The translations under genes and the position numbers were made by a program. From the NCBI GenBank assembly GCA_051294375.1, contig CM119269.1, positions 2,343,958 through 2,407,957 on the forward strand: a stretch of DNA of 64,000 nt, given 5' to 3'. The notes under the pieces were generated by a model. The model was given only the letters and a program-made list of their open reading frames with translations. It ran no database searches and had not been told where the DNA came from. The stretch comes from Paraspadella gotoi. Its lineage: Eukaryota > Animalia > Chaetognatha. Positions 1 to 12,039 of the stretch are shown in pieces (within the stretch, counting starts at the first letter, position 1; the number at the start of each line of letters is the position of its first letter).

Positions 1-489
1 GTTCTTCCCTTTGTTTTTATCCCATTTAAGTAAGTAGACAGATTTCAACTTGAAACCAAAGTGGATTTTATTCTCGCGAAAAGTCACAAGCAAAGACGGT
101 GTCAGAATTTGAGAGAGATGGATTCAATACAATCGGATCATCGATGTCATGATGCCTCTCTTTTCATTGGTCCATTTCGATGATGATTCATCCAATCAGA
201 AAGTCCTCGGTAGATTTTATCCGATCCGATTCCATCTTTGGTTCCGATTCCATCTGCGATGATCCAATCAAATCCCTTCCCTCCCTGATCCACCAATCAA
301 CCTTCATCCCTTCATCTTCTCATCTCTTACCCAAACACTCAATATCTCCAACCATTACCCTTTACACTTACCTTCAGGTCTTCGATTCGATCGTCATCTG
401 CCCCAAAATCGTGTTTCGCATCGAACTGGATCGAGTTCCTCTCTCCACCTCCGAATTGGGGATGCAGGTTGGTCGGCTTTGGGTGGGTA

Positions 490-626
490 TAGTCGTTCTG
501 GCTCGATAGCGAGGCCCTGTGATATTTTCCGTCATCCACCCTACTAAGCTCTTATAGTGTAGTCGTTCTGGCTTGATAGCGAGGCCCTGTGATATTTTCC
601 GTCATCTACCCTACTAAGCTCTTATA
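490..626. repeat. Direct tandem duplication, ~70 bp x2
   Basis: tagtcgttctggctYgatagcgaggccctgtgatattttccgtcatcYaccctactaagctcttata occurs twice back to back. Confidence 0.9.
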
Positions 627-2398
627 ATGGGTCGGTAGGCGGGTCGGTCATCCGGTGAGTCAATCGGTCTTGACTTCTACTCGGTTTTGGTTTCGCCGAA
701 ATGAATGAGTGGGGCGGTATATTCACACCGCCTCACGTCCACCGTCATTGGCTCAGAGGGGGAACCCACCATCCCAAGCGTTGTGTTCCATCCACATTCC
801 ACAGTCCTAACGACTTCCCTCTGCATTGGCAAAGCGAGAACGTTCTAGAGTAACCGCGCCAGTGACTGGGGGCGCCTTTGGTGGTCGGAAGCCCCCAAAT
901 ACCAACAGTGAGATCCCCCATGGGCATCACGGGCAACCCGGCTGTTGCCATATGAGACAATTTTAGATCAACCTATTTTTCTCTCTATCCGCTTCTGGAT
1001 ATTTTGGCGTTGACCCAATTATTTACGAAGAGTGAGATACATAATACATATATAGAAACAGACAAAACGACAAATAGAAACCAAAAACATAAAAGGTGAT
1101 AAAGTGAGGAGGAAGATTATGCAAGGTCGCGTTTCTTGTTTTTGCCTTGGTTGACGGGATTGCAGGAGGCTGGAGACCCCGACCAAAATACGGCGCCTTT
1201 TCTTGCAAATGAGGAGAGAATTTCTAAGAAATTCACCGGTGGAAGTTTTTTTCCTCTCGCGATGCAGATTATGTTTTTCGCTCGAGTGGTTGATGTTGTT
1301 GTTGTTGTTGTTGTTTTTCGTCGTCTACTAACGTTTGAGTGTTTACAAGTTGAAAACTTTTTTTTTAAGCGAAAGCGATTCTACAGAACTTTGTATGTAA
1401 AATTATGCAGGTATGATCATGATTCTTAAGTTTAACGGGTCATTGGTTGACTAAATTATCGAAAGAATCCTTACATATGCGAATTTGTCTGTAATATAAT
1501 TTATCTTGCATCGATGCATGAGGTCCTACTTGCCTGCTTGCTCGTTTACTCGCTCGCTTGGTTGCTTCCCAATTTGGCATCTTGTTCCAAGAATCCAATC
1601 AGCCTTTCTCACGATCAGCGTTTCTATGGTCGTCGTCGTCGTCGTGGTCATTTTGTTGTCGATCTTTATGGACGAGGCTATCAGCAGCGTCAATGGCTTT
1701 GATGTTGCGGTCGATGGAGAAAAGGATTTTGATGGAGTAAGGGTACATTTCAGTCTCGTGGTTGTCAACAGGGGAAGCTCTGTTTCGAAATTGACAGACG
1801 GTTGTGTCCATTCAATCCAATCAGGATGGGATTGTCTGTGGTGGTTGAATGGAAATATAAATGTTTAAATCGGTATGGACAAGAGATACATTTCGAATGA
1901 GTTGGATCCGGATTCCAAGCCCACGATTCCAAGTTGTCCTTGTTTTGTTGTTATTCTGTTTTGTCGTAAACGTCGGTTTGTCCGTTGGCAGCCGATTCGA
2001 GCGAAGATTGCAAATTATCTAATTTCGCTGGGAGCAGGAAGAGGAAGAGGAGGAGGACGAGGAGGAGGAGGAAGAGAAAGGGAAGAGGAAGACGACGAGG
2101 AAATGAGAAAAGGATGAAGAGGAGGAAGGGAGTAAACAAAGGAAGAAAAAGTAGGGTGAAAGAATGGAGGGGAGTGGGAAGTGGGAAAAGGTGAACGAGG
2201 AAACTGAAGTCAAAATGTAGACGTGAAGTAGTACAGTAAAATACTTGAAGATTATTTTATCTTAGTATGACTCATGAGCTAGTATTTTATAAAAATGTTT
2301 TTAACTATAGATTCAGATATAATGTCCATAGGCTTCGATTTCCAGTTATAAATGAGTGATAAATAAATAGATTAATAAATAAATAAATGTCTATTCAG

Positions 2399-2525
2399 GT
2401 GGAAGCGGAGGTAGAGTCTCTCGTCGCCGACTCTGGCGCCGCGGAGAACGTCGACGATCTCTTCGAGGGCGAGTTGTCGATCTACGTCAGCGACGTCACG
2501 CCGGGAGGATTGGCGCAGCAGAAAG
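2399..2525 (+). CDS. sif: Still life/TIAM-like Rac GEF, internal exon A (N-terminal half of PDZ domain)
   Basis: Acceptor tattcag|GTG (phase 0), donor AAAG|gtgaag (phase 1). Encodes VEAEVESLVADSGAAENVDDLFEGELSIYVSDVTPGGLAQQK(G). The YVSDVTPGGLA stretch is PDZ betaC-alphaA, and the VEAE start matches the fly SIF PDZ as I recall it. Splices in frame to exon 26037. Confidence 0.85.
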
Positions 2526-4140
2526 GTGAAGATTGGCGCGGAGTTGGAATGGCGCGACGTAAGCAAAAAATATTTCCGTGGTGAAAAACGACCCGATGCG
2601 AAATTTCTATTTTGGGGGAAAACGTAGACCAAAAAAAAAAATATTTAAATTTTGACTTTGACAAAAAAAAAGCAGAGAAGATAGCAACGAAAGAAGCCAT
2701 GGACCCTGGGAAGCAGAAAGGAAAGAAATAACACGTATAATAGGCGATAACGCCCTCTGTGTATTTATTTTATAAGAACGAGTTGTTGGCTTTTTTTTGG
2801 GGGGGGGGAAGGATTTCGGATTTCCGGTGAAAGGCCTCTTATCGCAGAGGCTTCGTTTATTTAATGGAATGAAAAGAGATGGCGAGCGAGTGAGAAAGCA
2901 AATTGAAAGGAGTGCGAGGTAAAGAACGCGAACGAAAGAATGAAGAATATTTGAATAATTAATATTATATATATAATATTATATTTGAATATGGCCAGGA
3001 AAAAAAAATATGACTGCTAATGGAAAAAGGACAGGTACGAAACATAACACATAACATTTCAAAACGGCCCATTTCATCCTAAATTCCTAATAAGATTAGT
3101 TTTTTTGGTTTAAAGATTAAGTTAAAGGTTAAGATTAGGGATTGGGTTATGGATGAGGCCATGAATAGAATTAGTTAATGATTAGTGTGTATGGTATTTC
3201 TTTGGTCTTAACTTGCCAGCAGTAAAATAATAAGAATTAATGACTTCATTTTTATTTTAGAAAAGGCTATATTTCGCTAAATAAAATAATAAAACGCTAT
3301 ATAACAACATTTAAAAAATCATTTCTGAAGAAAAATTCAGAGAACAAAAGAAAACAATGGGTCAGACACTCATAGAAAAATAATCTCCCTCTAGTGATAA
3401 TAAAACAGTATGGCCTTATCCCATACTGGAATCTGGAACGAGGCAACCAAGATTCCTATCAACTACCGTTCTTTTGTTTAACTGCAGACTTTCAGTTTCA
3501 GCAGAGAACAATGAGAAAGAAGTCGATGACGAGAGAAGCGAGGAAAAACATGAATCCAAGTTCATCCGGTTTAAGAGTTTTTCTTTCCTTGTTTGGGGTC
3601 GATGCAAAAAAGAAGCCCGATGGGCTCGTTTGCATTTCAGAATAGGGCATCTCATTCTCTCACTTTCTCCTCTCTCTCTCTCTTTCCTTTTTCCTCCATT
3701 TTGCTCCATTCCTCCCTTTCTTTCTCAGTTCCTTTTTCTTTCTTTCTTTATTCCTCGTAATTTTCGGACTCCGTTAACCCTTTTTCTTTTGTCTCAAACA
3801 CGTTTTTGTTCTCGCCTCACATTTTTCACTTTGCGGTGACTCCGTGACTCCCCGACTCGACCTTCTCTCCCACTTACCCCCTTTTTTTAAATTTTTCTGG
3901 GGGTCAGTCACGTGATCGGGTCGAGGATCGGAGGTCACGCGAGGGGGGTCACTCGTTTGGGAAAGTCGCGGAATCTAATTTTCTTTCCCCCTTTTTTAAT
4001 GGCAGTTAGGGGGGGGGTAGGTGGGTTAGAAACGAGAGGGGGGGGGAGAAGAGAGACGGAACGAAATGAGCGTAAAATTTGAGGTCGTGAGAATTAGAAG
4101 AAAATTAAAACGCAGATGAGAAAGAGAGAAAGAAAAAAAA

Positions 4141-4885
4141 AACAAGTTTGAGCAAACAATGTCGGATCTGCCCACGATCATTATCGGTAATTAATTAATA
4201 ATTAAATAATTAATTAGGCACTTAATTAATTAATTTGATCCCAAATGTGTGTTTTTAGGTCTTTTCGTCACGAAATACGACAAAAGCAATGACGACGATG
4301 AGAATAATGTCGATAATGATTGACTTAATTGATTGACTGATTATTTAATTATTGACTAATTAATTGACTGATTAATTATTTGAGTAATTAATACATTTGC
4401 ATTTATATTTAATATAAAAAGAAAAAGAAGCATAATCAATTAGTGAAACAGGTTTTTTGTTTTTTCCATTTAAACTCATTTCCACTCAGACGATTCCATC
4501 GAATCTTGATTTCCAGCTTAATCACACACTTTCCTCCCTAAATTTCAGGTCAATCGCCCATCATGAGCAATTGGTGTTCAAATAGTGAAATATATTTTTT
4601 TGTTTTTTCCATTTAAACTCATTTCCACTCGGACGATTCCATCGAAACTTCATATCATGCTCAATCACACGATTTCCTACCCACACACAAAATTTCATTC
4701 CAATCCATCCATCAAATCACGAGTAATTGGTGTTTTTTGCTAAGGTGGGACGGACGGACGGACAGATAGACGGACAGAGAGACAGACGGACAGACAGATA
4801 GACGGACGGACATCTTTTTTTGCATAATTTATCATAACTTTTGCTTGGCAATGATTGGTATTGCCTGGCAATGATTGGTAATTAA
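4141..4885. mobile_element. Helentron/DINE-1-like non-autonomous repeat, copy 1
   Basis: Starts aacaagtttgagcaaacaatgtcggatctgcccacgat (same at 23474, partial at 37828). Internally duplicated block, (GGAC/AGAC)n tetranucleotide run and A/T-run boundaries. Family assignment is inferred from architecture. Confidence 0.6.
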
Positions 4886-5081
4886 AAAAAAACTCAGAAA
4901 CCGAAGGTTCACTCAAATTTTTAATTTTCGTCTTTAATTATTAAAATTAGTTTCAATTTTAGAGATAAGATATTAAGGCACCAAACATAATCATTTTTTA
5001 TTAAATCAGTGAACTCTGAAAAACATGAAGCTCTAATTTCATAGTTGAACCACAGTTACAGAAAGTTGACAATCTCGTTAA

Positions 5082-6361
5082 GGCCTGGGATCACTCGCCA
5101 AAAGTTATAAATAGGGGAACACAAAGCTTGGATTTTGAAAAGTAGAGGTCCAGTCGATTCCGAAAATGTATCACTTTACTATTTCTTCAAAACCGTTGGT
5201 GTTTTTTTCGAACTTTATATTACTATAATAAAATAAAAGAAACCTATCGGAAGAGTTGCAGCCCAAACGGCGAAGCGGATTTGATGAAATTTAACATAAT
5301 CTTACTTGAGGTGAAGGTCCCCAATTCTATGAGAGGGATTTTCCAAATTCACTTTTCTTCATAGGAAAAAAAAAGAATAAGGAAATTTTGGCGTAAAAAT
5401 CTAAATATCTTGAAAACGAATAACATTTTCAAAAATCCCTCTCATAGAATTTCTCTCACATTTCCATACTAACGAAAAATAATTTTAGTTTATTTTTTTT
5501 TCAAACAGTTTTTGCTCCAACTCTTTGTTTATTTATTTTTTATTTTTTATTTTTTTTCTGTAGATTTTACAGAACTTGAAAGTCGAGCAAAGAACTTTAA
5601 AATCGACATGCTTTTGTAAAATCTATTTCATTTCTATTTTAAATGATGGCTTTACCGTTCTCTGAAGTTTTATCCAATTTTTTAATTTTTTTTTTAAATT
5701 TAAAAAATGCTGAGACACCAAAACACGGACGAGTGAACAAGGAGGAATGCTGCAAGGGGTTTACTTATTTTCGTCTGTGGCAAACGGTCAAGCTTTAAAG
5801 CCAGTTTTGAATGTGGGGAACAAGAAACTATTTGGCAAGAGGAGAGCATAACGATGGTCCATCAGTGGAATCAGTGACCATCTATGGCACCATAGAGAGT
5901 TTCTATTTCAGAGGATCCGATTGCAGATGCCAATGGACGATTGTCTTTGACTTTTAAAAATTGTACAATTTTTGTATTACTCTTTTAGTAAAAAATGGTA
6001 TTAGGCATCATTAAATATGTATTTTGCACTTTCTCTACATAAACGTTTATATTTTCATCCTTAATTGATCCAATTACATCATAAGAATGACTAGGTTTTA
6101 GGTACTAGTATTAACTGAGGTAGCTGATGTTAATTGAATATAAAGAATTAAAATTCGCTTTTAAAATGACTTTACCGTCTTGAATGAAATTTTTTAAGTT
6201 TACCGATAAAAAAATTGCCCGATTTTTGGGTGGCTCTTGAAGCTGAACCTTAGTCAAATTTGAAGTTTTTTTATTTGAAACACGAAGGAAATATACTTCT
6301 TTTGCATAAAAAATAATTTGTATAAAGCTTTATGCAATTCTTGTTTGAATGATCCCAGGCC
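5082..6361. mobile_element. Non-autonomous TIR DNA transposon with TTAA TSD (Kolobok-like termini)
   Basis: TTAA|GGCCTGGGATCA ... TGATCCCAGGCC|TTAA. The joined flanks (gacaatctcg-ttaa-gcaagttttt) occur uninterrupted at ~7491-7514, an in-window empty site. Confidence 0.88.
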
Positions 6362-8056
6362 TTAAGCAAGTTTTTTCAAGAAATATAGTTAGGAAAACAG
6401 TTTTTAAAGGTCAAAACGATTTTTATTATTAGATATAAGTCGGACAAGTTTCAACTCTTTATTAAGAAAGATCGCTGAAGAAGACTCTTTGTGGGAGATT
6501 GTATTAAAAAACATTGTTTGAGCACTTAGCTCTAACCTAATTTGTACCTTGTAGATTTCACTGGGCGAAGCCATTTCACTCTCAAAAATAAGAATCAATC
6601 CAAATCACGAGATTTTAATAAATAATAGAGCAGAGCAACAAGAGTGAGCTATTGAGAAATAAAGAGAGCCAGAGAGAGAGAGCTCAAAGCTGTACAAAAA
6701 TAATAATTTCAATGATTAGAATTCATTCAAAGAGTTACAAATATTTCATCATGTTACCTAATGTTTCTTGGGCAATCTCCTAAAAGTTTAACATCTACTT
6801 GCCCTTTTATACTTTTTTAAATTTAAATAGACCAATTAAAAACGACTTTCGACTTTTGAGAATACTACCAATAATTGGATCAGAAAGGTCTCGTCCAATC
6901 AGATTAAGAACTAAATATTAACCATGAAATCATAGAATAGAGGACGAGTTTGAGAATTTAAGCTAGTAACGTTATGGTATTCCATAAAACCGAATATTAA
7001 TTTCGAAAACTAATTAAATATTTATCAACTATTTAACACTCTTAATAAAGAGTTGAAACTTGTCCGACTTATATCTAATAATAAAAATAGTGGTTGACCT
7101 TTAAAAACTGTTTTTTCTAATTTATAAACACAACAAAAAGAAAGAATCATAACAATGTCTAAGAAATATAGTTTTAGAAATAGTTTGAAATTTGTTTCTT
7201 CAACGAATTTGTTTTTATTATTAAACCGAACATGTTTCGACTCGAAACATGTCCGTTTTAATAATAAAAACATTATGTTATTTCCTCTCTTTTCGTTGTG
7301 TATATATAGTTAGAGAAAACAAATAATAAAAACAAATTCGTTGAAGAAACAAATTTTAAACTATTTCTAAATCTCTGTACTCAACGAAACAGAAAGGAAT
7401 AATACAATGGCTAGAAATATAGTTGAAACTCTGCAATTGACAATCTCGTAAAGCAAGTTTTTACACAAATAAAGTTGAAACTCTGCAGTTGACAATCTCG
7501 TTAAGCAAGTTTTTTTTAATTTGATTCAACATTATATAATCAAAATCCGGTTTGCGGAACGAAACAATTTCACTTTTAATTTATTTCTAAGTGTATATTT
7601 TGCAGTTTTCTTGTAAAAAAAATAACCTACAAATCTTACTTTGCTAGCATGATACAATGCCATTCTCATAGTAAATTGATTTAACAATAAATGGTATTAA
7701 AAATCGAAGGTCGGACCTAAAAACGAAAAGGAATTTTTTAACAAACGTGAAAAAACGTGAAAAACGTGAAAAAATTCTCAATCCTAAAAAACTATTCGTT
7801 TTAGTTTTATTTGTGGCGCGGACCCGNNNNNNNNNNTTTCCTTATATCAACTATTCGTGAGGAATTCGAATCTGCTTTTAAAAATTAAAATTTCTATGGT
7901 GAGTACTATGTATAAATATGGGCGTATGCAAAAATTGAAAAATAAAAATTATTTTTTTTTATTCGAATTTTGATTCCACTTGATTTTTATATTTTTGCTA
8001 CGCTTTAATACAGAATGCTTGTATGTAAGCCGAAACATGTACGTTTTTACAAATAA
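6142..8056. repeat. Left arm of large inverted repeat (partner 9043-12037)
   Basis: 6142-7826 is the reverse complement of ~10385-12037, and 7837-8056 of 9043-9256. Differences are mostly single-base indels. The N gap at 7827 corresponds to 9257-10384. Confidence 0.93.
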
Positions 8057-8938
8057 CGGCGCCCAAACAGCCCAACCAATCCGGAGTTTGGCCCAAGAAG
8101 AAGTAGGCCAACGCGTAAGTGATAGGAATCTCCAGCGCAGTAAACATCGCCGCCACGTCGCCCTCCACTCTTTCCAACGCAAGGATGGCGCAGAGGCGCG
8201 AGAGAAAGTCGTAGACGCCGACGAGGGCCACGCCCAAAATCGGCGTCCATGCAACGCCGGAAAAGAAGACGACGACGTCGCCGCTCGCGACGCCGACAGC
8301 AGCGGCAGCCGTCGTCAGCAGTAGAGCAGAGTAGTTGAAAAGAAAGACGCTGAAGTGAGCGCCGGCTTTTTGGAGGCCGTTGTAGAGCATGATCCACGCC
8401 GCGTTAAGGAAGGAATCGACGAGCGCCAAAAAGAAGTAAATGTTACGCTGAGGAAATCCGGCTTCGTCAACGACGCCGGCGTCAAAAATGAACGCCGGTG
8501 TTTCTTGATCAAAACGGCGCCGAAGAGAATGAGGGCGACGGCGATGGCGGCGACTTTCGACGGCCAACGACGCCGCAATGCCGAACAGGAGAGTGACGTC
8601 CACACGATGCAGAGATTGATGAGCGTAACGGCGTCGCCTGCGGGGAGGCGTCGAACGCAATAGAAGGTGACCACGGCGAGCGAGCAATCTCGATCACCGG
8701 CGCCGTTAAAAGGCCGAGACGCAGAATGGGCGTGGCCTTGGCGCCGCCAAACGGACTAAACCGGAAATGGGCGACGGCCGGGATGGCGGTGACGAGCGAA
8801 GCGACGGCCAGAACGACGAGAAGCACGACGACGCTGAAATCGCGGAGGCGCTCCACCAACCCGAGGAAAAGTAGAAGAAGCTCCAGTTGATGCCATCAGC
8901 ATCAGCAGTGGCAGAGTTGCCACCATTTCAGTCAACAT
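8050..8938 (-). pseudogene. EamA/DMT-superfamily (SLC35G-like) multi-pass transporter; intronless, ~3 frameshifts, 3' end truncated
   Basis: Joining four overlapping minus-strand ORFs gives MLTEMVATLPLLMLM.../LVERLRDFSVVVLLVVLAVASLV.../TFYCVRRLPAGDAVTLINLCIVWTSL...VALILFGAVLI.../ILALERVEGDVAAMFTALEIPITYALAYFFLGQTPDWLGCLGAVI. These are two EamA-like repeats with many hydrophobic helices, in a GC-rich island. The frameshifts may be sequencing errors. Confidence 0.8.
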
Positions 8939-9042
8939 TTTCTTTTTTGTTTCGTTTCAGTTTTATATTTTGTTATTTTATTTTTATTTTATTATTTTTA
9001 TTACATTCTTGGAAGATGTTTTAATGTTTTTCTACAACGACT

Positions 9043-12037
9043 TTATTTGTAAAACGTACATGTTTCGGCTTACATACAAGCATTCTGTATTAAAGCGTAG
9101 CAAAATATAAAAATCAAGTGAATCAAAATTCGAATAAAAAAATAATTTTTATTTTTCAATTTTTGCATACGCCCATATTTATACATAGTACTCACCATAG
9201 AAATTTTAATTTTTAAAAGCAGATTCGAATCCTCACGAATAGTTGATATAAGGAAATATAACTCTTTTTAGAAAATTATTTTCATTAAAATTTTGACATT
9301 TTTCTATAGTAAGTACTATGTATAAATATGGGCGTATGCGAAAATTGAGAAATTAAATTTTTTTTATATATATATCAATTGTGATGGACTAAAAAATCCA
9401 CCAAACCGTTCATCAGCGGCCATTGGTGCCGGAGGCAAGTCATTCGCCTCCCAACCCAAAGGTCCGGGGTTCTAGCCCGGTGGCCGCCTAGCAGTTAAGA
9501 GGGACGGGCGCTTAACCCGCCTGTAACTCGGTGTTACAGCCTGATCCGAAGCTCAGGCCCGCGGACTGCTTATATTGAATTGCGTTCTATCACCCTAACA
9601 CATAATAATAATTACTGTCTCTTCACAATGTTCTTTAGTAACAAGACTGTTCATGAACAACTATTCGAATTTTGATCTGCAATACTTTCACTACGGCCTT
9701 GTTCTGGATTCAACGTCGGCATTTGTACCTGAGTTAGAGGAAAAGAATATTAAAAATTTTAAAATTCAATACAAAAGTCTTGTTTCTTTAGCTAACTTAT
9801 CAAAAAAATAAATCCGGTTTTTATTAATTGATGCTATCAAATCATGTTTGTTAAACTCTCGTTTTGGTAAATTATAATTATTACATTATTTATTTTTTTT
9901 TTCCTTCAATGAGATGAATATGTGGCGTTCATATAGGATTTAATCATTTAGGATTGAAACCACTCCGCCAGGATCGAACCCTTTGTTTCTAATCAAAGTT
10001 ATGTTCACAACTGAAGATGTCTCATCAGTTAATTTCGCATTATGTTTTGACAGTTAACATTTTTAAAATGTTAAAACTGAAAATATTCTCATCCTTGTTC
10101 TGGTTATGTAAGAGAATACCACATTCCAACAAAATATTTATATCTCAATTTTCTTTTTTGATCACTCGTAATGAATCAGGACATCTATAGAAATGAATGT
10201 ATTAAAACTCATCTATTTTTAAAACAAATTATCCAAAACAAACAAATCCCACATGTAACCGTTCCCGTTTTTCCTGCGCAACGACATTAATTGATAAATC
10301 CCCATCTAACACGATCCCACCTTAAGTCACGTAAACCTCCACGTGCGTCTACGGCCTTTCGTTCCCCACGCTGTGGCTGGCCTCCGGTCCGCCCGCCACA
10401 ATAAACTAAAACGATAGTGGTATTTTAGCAAGGGATTGAGAATATTCCTCGTTTAGGTGCCGATATCGATTTTAAATGACCATTTTTTTATTGTTAAATC
10501 AATTACTATGAGAATGGCATTGTATCATGCTAGCCAAAAGTAGATTTGTAGGTTATTTTTTTTACACAGAGAAGACATGCAAAAATATACACTTAGAAAT
10601 AAATAAAGTGAAAATTGTTTCGTTCCGCAAACGGGTATTTGATAATATAAGTTGAATCAAATTAAAAAAAACTTGCTTAACGAGATTGTCAACTGCAGAG
10701 TTTCACTTTATTTGATGTTAAAAACTTGCTTTACGAGATTGTCAATTGCAGAGTGCAACTATATTTTCTAGGCCATGATATATTCCTTTCTGTTTCGTTG
10801 ATACAGAGATTAGAAATAGTTTTAAAATTTGTCTTTCAACGAATTGTTTTATTATTTTTCTCTAACTAATATATACACAACCGAAAAAGAGAGGAAATAA
10901 CAATGTTTTTATATTTAAAACGGAAGATGTTTCGAGTGAAAACATGTTCTGGTATGAATAAAAACAAATTTCGTGAAGAAGACAAATTCAAAACTTATTA
11001 TTCTAAACATATATTTTAGACATTGTGATGATCTTTCTTCTTGTGTGTTTATAAATTTTAGAAAAAACAGTTTTTAAAGGTCAACCACTATTTTTTTAGA
11101 TATAAGCGAGACAAGTTTCAACTCTTATTAAGAGTGTTAAAATAGTTAAATATTATAATAGTGTTTTCGAAATTAATATTTCGGATAATTATATGGAGAT
11201 ACCAATAACGTTACTAGCTTAAATTCTCAAACTCGTCCCTATTCTGATATTCATGGGTTAATATTTATTCTTAAATCGATTGGACGAGACCTTTTCGATC
11301 CAATTATTGGTAGTATTCTCAAAAGTCGAAATTTCTTTTTAATTGGTCTATAAATTTAAAAAAGTATAAAAGGGCAGTAGATGTTAAACTTTAGGAGATT
11401 GCCCAAGAAACATTAGGTAACATGATGAAATATTTGTAACTCTTTGAAATGGAATTCTAATCATTGAAATTATTATTTTTTGTACAGCTTTGAGCTCTCT
11501 CTCTCTCTCTGGCTCTTTATTTCTCAATAGCTCACTCTTGTTGCTCTGCTCTGATTATTTATAAAATCTCGTATTTGGATTGATTCTTATTTTGAGAGTG
11601 AAATGGGGGGGGCTCGCCAGTGAAATCTACAAGGTACAAATTAGGTTAGAGCTAAGTGCTCAAACAATGTTTTTTATACAATCTCCACAAAGAGTCTTCT
11701 TCAGCGATCTTTCTTAATAAAGAGTTGAAACTTGTCCGACTTATATCTAATAATAAAAATCGTTGTTGACCTTAAAAACTGTTTTCCTAACTATATTTCT
11801 GTAAAAACTTCTTAAGGCCTGGGATCATTCAAACAAGAATTGCATAAAGCTTTTATACAAATTATTTTTATGCAAAAGAAGTATATTTCCTTCGTGTTTC
11901 AAATAAAAAAACTTCAAAATTGAACTAAGGTTCAGCTTCAAGAGCCACCCAAAAAATCGGCAATTTTTTTTTATCGGTAAACTTAAAAATTTCATTCAAG
12001 ACGGTAAAGTCATTTTTAAAAGCGATTTAAATTCTTT
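9043..12037. repeat. Right arm of large inverted repeat
   Basis: Reverse complement of 6142-8056, e.g. cttaaggcctgggatcattcaaacaag at ~11811 mirrors the transposon end at 6361. Confidence 0.93.
9416..9612 (+). mobile_element. tRNA-derived SINE (head resembles tRNA-Gly(CCC))
   Basis: Acceptor stem GCGGCCA(9416)/TGGCCGC(9481-9487), A-box-like TGGTGCCGGAGG, loop CT-CCC-AA with a broken anticodon stem, T arm CCGGG-GTTCTAGC-CCGG. Followed by a ~110-bp body and a short (TAA)n tail. Confidence 0.72.
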
Positions 12038-12039
12038 CA

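Noticed and set aside
1500-2020. Overlapping ORFs with possible zinc-finger-like C/H residues on the minus strand
   Set aside because: No recognisable domain, internal stops and no convincing splice sites; perhaps a decayed TE.
9416-9488. Functional tRNA-Gly gene
   Set aside because: Anticodon stem mispaired, D arm poor, no poly-T terminator, followed by a SINE-like body.
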